From Congzhengia sp. (lineage in GTDB: Bacteria; Bacillota; Clostridia; UBA1381; UBA9506), in assembly GCA_045580665.1 (NCBI GenBank), contig JAZNOF010000009.1, positions 1,971 through 65,970 of the forward strand: a DNA stretch of 64,000 bases. The letters run 5' to 3'. How positions within the stretch are numbered: the first letter of the stretch is position 1; each line of letters starts with the position of its first letter. A program made the translations under genes and the position numbers. Below the pieces are notes generated by a model. It made no database searches. It was not told where the DNA came from and was given only the letters and a program-made list of their open reading frames with translations. Below are positions 61,357-64,000 of the stretch, in pieces.

Positions 61357-63237
61357 ATGGAGAGCAAGGTATTTTTGTTCTTTTCCAAACTGATTGAAAA
61401 GATTTGCCAATGGTTCGATGAAAGTCTTTGCGGAAAAGCCTACAACAGATTTTGCAAATGGCTTTCTTTGGAATTTTCCAAAAGCCATATCGGAAAATTT
61501 TTTGAAAACAAGGGCGAAAGTGAAATATTTAAAAACAGCATTCTTGGTAAAATTGTATCAATCCCCTCTCGCATATTGCTGTTTTTGCAGGACAAGCTTT
61601 CAGACAGATTAAATAAAGCAATGGAAGAAAGCGTTATATGTGGATTTTTCAATAAATGGCAGGATATAAGCATACGCTTTTACGGTGTTGTGCTTTCGGT
61701 TTTTTCGCTTTTCCTTATTGCTCTAAGACCTTCAGGCAGAATAGGGTATTTACTTCTTTTTGCTCTTTTGATTTCAGGTATTTTAATGATACTTATAAAC
61801 AGAAGCTTAAGAAACTTAGTTGGCGGAAGTTTTATTATCTCGCATATCCGCGACTTGTTTTTAGATAGCTCACCCAAAGAAGTTATTATGTATTCCTGCG
61901 GAAAAACCGAGATTTTTGTATCTACTGTAATAGGAATTATTTTGGCGATTTCCTGCCTTATGTTTGGTATAGTTAAACCTCTTGTTGTGGTTTTGGCAGT
62001 GCTTGGATTTGCGTTTTTTTTGAAGTATTTAAGCCTTGGCGTATTTTTAACGGTGGCGCTATCACCAGTTTTACCAACAATGGTTTTAGTAGGCCTAAGC
62101 TTTTTGTGTGCCGCAGTGTTCTGCGTTCACGTTATAAAGGATAAAACATTTAGATTTTCTAAAAACCCCGTCAATGCATTTTGCGTGTTTTTTGCAATTG
62201 CACTTTTGTGGGGTGTTGTAAACTCGTTTTCGCTTAAAACGAGCCTTCTTCAGGCAGCGGTTCACATTTCTTTTATACTGTTTTATTTTGTTATTGTGAA
62301 TGTTTTGCGCACAAAAGAGCAATGGTTAGCTTTAATCAAGGTTTTTGTAGTTTCTGCATTTATAGTTTCGCTTTACGGCATTTTGCAGAATTTTATCGGA
62401 ATAAATTCAACCGAGTCGTGGGTTGACGAGGAAATGTTTGAAGATATTTCTATTCGTGTATATTCATTCTTTGATAACCCTAATGTTTTGGGTGAATTTT
62501 TGGTTATGACGGTTCCCGTGTGTCTTGCGGTTATGTGGGGGAAAATGCGCGAATCCCATAAGACACTTTTCGGTTTTATACTTATTTCAATGGCGGCGTG
62601 TATGATATTTACATGGTCAAGAGGCGCGTGGCTCGGTGTGTTTTTAGCGGTAGCACTTTTCCTTGTCATTATGGACAAACGCTGGGTGTTTGCAGGAGCA
62701 CTTCTTTTAATGGTGCTTCCCGTTTTAATGGTTTTAAGTGGAAACACCGCAATTTTAGAAAGACTTTTAAGTATTGGTAACACAGCCGATACATCAACAG
62801 CATACAGAGTTTCTATATGGGAGGCGTCTATAAACCTTATTCGCGATTTCTGGATTTCAGGTATTGGAATAGGCTCTGATGCGTATAAAGTAATTTACCC
62901 TGCTTATGCACTTTCGGGTGCAAACTTTGCTCTTCATTCACATAACCTTTACCTTCAGGTATGGGTTGAAATGGGCGTTATTGGAATAATATCGCTTATA
63001 TCATTGGTGTTTGCATTTGTAAAACAGGTATTTTCAAAAGATGTTATGGAGCTAAGAAAAGAAGATAACAACGCAAAAATCGTTATTGCTCTTGGTGCAG
63101 GACTTTTGGGGTATCTATTTCAGGGACTTACGGATTACGTTTGGTACAACTATAAAATCTTAATGATATTCTGGATAATAATTGCGCTTTCTGTAAGCGG
63201 AGTTAACCTCCTTAAAGAAAAGGGGGAAGACTTATGA
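61357..63237 (+). CDS. O-antigen ligase/Wzy-like membrane protein
   Basis: RVYSFFDNPN, TWSRGAW, R..IW, GIG, HSHNLYLQ; start set by AGGAGG RBS. Confidence 0.88.
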   Translation: MESKVFLFFSKLIEKICQWFDESLCGKAYNRFCKWLSLEFSKSHIGKFFENKGESEIFKNSILGKIVSIPSRILLFLQDKLSDRLNKAMEESVICGFFNKWQDISIRFYGVVLSVFSLFLIALRPSGRIGYLLLFALLISGILMILINRSLRNLVGGSFIISHIRDLFLDSSPKEVIMYSCGKTEIFVSTVIGIILAISCLMFGIVKPLVVVLAVLGFAFFLKYLSLGVFLTVALSPVLPTMVLVGLSFLCAAVFCVHVIKDKTFRFSKNPVNAFCVFFAIALLWGVVNSFSLKTSLLQAAVHISFILFYFVIVNVLRTKEQWLALIKVFVVSAFIVSLYGILQNFIGINSTESWVDEEMFEDISIRVYSFFDNPNVLGEFLVMTVPVCLAVMWGKMRESHKTLFGFILISMAACMIFTWSRGAWLGVFLAVALFLVIMDKRWVFAGALLLMVLPVLMVLSGNTAILERLLSIGNTADTSTAYRVSIWEASINLIRDFWISGIGIGSDAYKVIYPAYALSGANFALHSHNLYLQVWVEMGVIGIISLISLVFAFVKQVFSKDVMELRKEDNNAKIVIALGAGLLGYLFQGLTDYVWYNYKILMIFWIIIALSVSGVNLLKEKGEDL

Positions 63238-64000
63238 TAAACGTGTGTCAGGTTGTTTCCGACACCAACATTGGCGGTGCAGGGCGTTATCTTTTAAATT
63301 ATGTAAAAAGCTTTGACCGTGAAAATTTCAGCGTAACAGTGCTTATTCCCGAAAACAGTATGCTTAAAGAAAAACTATCAGTATTCAGCGATATAACCGT
63401 TAAGGAAATTCCATATATGGCTGATAAATCCTTTGACAGACGGGCAGTATCTGAAATAAAAAAAGTTTTTAAAGAAATAAAACCCCAGATAGTTCACACT
63501 CACGCATCACTCTCTGCAAGAATTGCGGCAAAACTTTCAGGCGTCAAAACTGTCATAGCTACGAGGCATTGCATTGAGCCTGCGGAAAAATTCCCCGTAT
63601 CATTTATAAAAAGCATTTTAAACAACACGCTTTGCGATGTTTATATAGCGGTTTCTGAGGCTGTGGGTGATAATCTTTTGCACTGTGGAATAAAGAAGGA
63701 AAAAATAAAACAAATTGACAACGGTGTTGAGAAAATTCAGGAATTAACAGCTGAAGAAAAGCTTAAAATAAAAGAAAAATATGGGCTCAAAAGTGAGTTT
63801 GTTTTTGGAATTTTTGCACGGCTTGAAGATGTTAAAGGGCATAAATATTTTATAGATGCGGCAAAAAAATATTTGGGCGACGGACTTTCGGCGCGTTTTC
63901 TCATCGTAGGTGATGGAAATCTGAAAGATGCTCTTAAAGAGCAGGCAAAAGACAATCCTGAAATTATATTTACAGGCTATGTAAACGACACAAAAGAGCT
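63234..64000 (+). CDS. GT4 family glycosyltransferase, partial (runs off the window end)
   Basis: ATGA overlap; DTNIGGAGRY, VHTHAS, TRH, IDNGV, ARLEDVKGH, IVGDG. Confidence 0.88.
   Translation, partial: MINVCQVVSDTNIGGAGRYLLNYVKSFDRENFSVTVLIPENSMLKEKLSVFSDITVKEIPYMADKSFDRRAVSEIKKVFKEIKPQIVHTHASLSARIAAKLSGVKTVIATRHCIEPAEKFPVSFIKSILNNTLCDVYIAVSEAVGDNLLHCGIKKEKIKQIDNGVEKIQELTAEEKLKIKEKYGLKSEFVFGIFARLEDVKGHKYFIDAAKKYLGDGLSARFLIVGDGNLKDALKEQAKDNPEIIFTGYVNDTKE

Overview
AT-rich chromosomal segment from a spore-forming, low-GC Gram-positive bacterium, most likely class Clostridia (inferred from the spoIIIAA-AH operon, spoVAE, ytxC, tepA, dacF-like and csaB genes). It is mostly core genome: ybeY-phoH-folD-ygiQ-ftsK, a G5/3D cell-wall protein, spoIIIA, pgk-tpiA-gpmI-eno, yebC, radC, ruvX, an amidase, fhs, tadA, tmcAL, tsf-rpsB and murJ/ligase/glycosyltransferase genes. 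I saw no rRNA, tRNA, CRISPR array, transposase or integrase. Four things stand out. (1) A four-gene operon (16884-14513) pairs a DUF5685-like protein carrying two isoprenoid-synthase-type Asp-rich motifs with a J-domain/TPR protein that ends in a cysteine string and a -CC terminus; this is a candidate bacterial protein-lipidation system. (2) An unannotated ~85-nt sRNA-like element directly upstream has an OmpR-type direct repeat promoter and an exposed anti-RBS/anti-AUG segment. (3) A 14-kb accessory block (45934-59730) holds three paralogous pairs: two Gfo/Idh/MocA oxidoreductases and two [AraC + ~1500-aa secreted metallophosphoesterase with six CBM-like modules] cassettes with mosaic similarity and a near-identical unnamed C-terminal domain. 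(4) Several promoter/terminator overlaps suggest regulatory logic. All family assignments come from motif recognition by eye; no searches were run.
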